Assembly: GCA_015680685.1 (NCBI GenBank)
Contig: MNCI01002855.1
Span: 251,524-315,523 of the forward strand
DNA: 64,000 bases
Direction: 5' to 3'
Source of the DNA: Gnetum montanum
Taxonomy: Eukaryota > Plantae > Gnetophyta
This document shows positions 63,111 through 64,000 of the stretch, piece after piece; positions within the stretch are counted from its first letter, which is position 1; each line of letters begins with the position of its first letter. A model generated the notes under the pieces. The model ran no database searches. It saw nothing but the letters and a program-made list of their open reading frames with translations, and had not been told where the DNA came from. A program made the translations under genes and the position numbers.

Positions 63111-63697
63111 CCATATTGACTTGGTCTCCTTTTGGGATCCCTTCATGCATATGTTCTAAGCTTTTAAAGATCTCAAGCCTTTAAGACCCCCATGTTCTAA
63201 GGCCCTCTGCATCATTCGCAAGATTGCCTATTAAGGAAGAATGTATTGTTATGTTCTTCAAGTCCTCATTATTGAAATTGAAGGAAGGACATCAAGTGGA
63301 CTTATGGTAGAGAGATTTCTCCAACTAGTTGGTTGTATTCTTCCTTTTTTATTGGAATGTAGATGGCACATGATTTTTACATTTCTCATGTTCATATCTA
63401 GCCTTAATCTAGTGGTCTAAATCACATTGGGCCTTTATAGTCTAATAAGATATGTTTTTGTCAATATGGTAGCCTTCTATAGCATAGCCAAGTTCAAATC
63501 TCAATAGTGCTACTTGCAGCATAGAGGGGGTTGCTTGATTGAGTGATAGCATAACATAGCCATGTAAATTTCTCCATCAAAACTACTCATTGACAAAAGT
63601 AAAGTCAAGAAAGTAAAGGGTCCCAATGGGTATATGTGACCCTTACTTATAAAGGCACATGCCAATCCTCATTATTTTCATTTTTGTCATTGCCCCT

Positions 63698-64000
63698 TGA
63701 TGAGTGGCAAGGTACCCCTACACTCAACCATACGAATACGAGCGTGCACGCGTGATCCGGTCGAACTCCACAGACTAAATGCCTTAACGCCACAAGAAAC
63801 ACTTGGGGTTAATCGTTCGTTGTCTTCCCAGGCTTGCTTGTATGTGTCATGGTGTATGGTTAAGCAAGTCTGAGGTATATGATTTTTTTGGTATTTTTCA
63901 GTTTATCCCTAAGCTATGAGAGAAAGGGTTGAGAAACTAACTAACTCTAACTNNGTACTAGGATTACCAAGCGCAGATCCTGGAATACGCTACTGGGTTA
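63698..64000 (-). repeat. Further LTR of the same family (truncated by the window end)
   Basis: tgatgagtggcaaggtacccctacactcaaccatacgaat... matches the starts of the LTRs at 45443 and 53662. Confidence 0.92.

Overview
This is AT-rich, CpG-depleted nuclear DNA from a land plant; the repeat content is gymnosperm-like (inference). It holds one intact host gene: an 11-exon, ~367-aa CbbY-like HAD-superfamily protein similar to Arabidopsis At5g45170 (13971-36317, +). Its introns are filled with decayed Penelope-like, RTE, L1, copia and gypsy fragments. Both flanks are dominated by one Athila-like Ty3/gypsy family, with LTRs TGATGA...TCATCA, a tRNA-Asp PBS and a CX2CX3HX4C gag knuckle. Left flank: a decayed gag-pol element (-), an integrase-PPT-LTR fragment (+) and an accessory-ORF remnant. 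Right flank: a complete pol-less element (43170-58148, TSD agtgt/agtgc) with a second complete pol-less element nested inside it (45443-54459, TSD aaggg/aagga). The nested element carries gag plus a ~920-codon accessory ORF that appears to have its own internal LTR-like promoter and a spliced leader. Beyond these lie a tRNA-Ala pseudogene with a tandem-repeat tail, a Helitron-type PIF1 helicase remnant, a MITE in (TA)n, a third accessory-ORF copy and a further LTR. The most interesting signal is the apparent modular split of this retrotransposon family into pol-bearing, gag-only and gag+accessory-ORF forms that share cis-elements. All calls were made by eye; no database searches were run.
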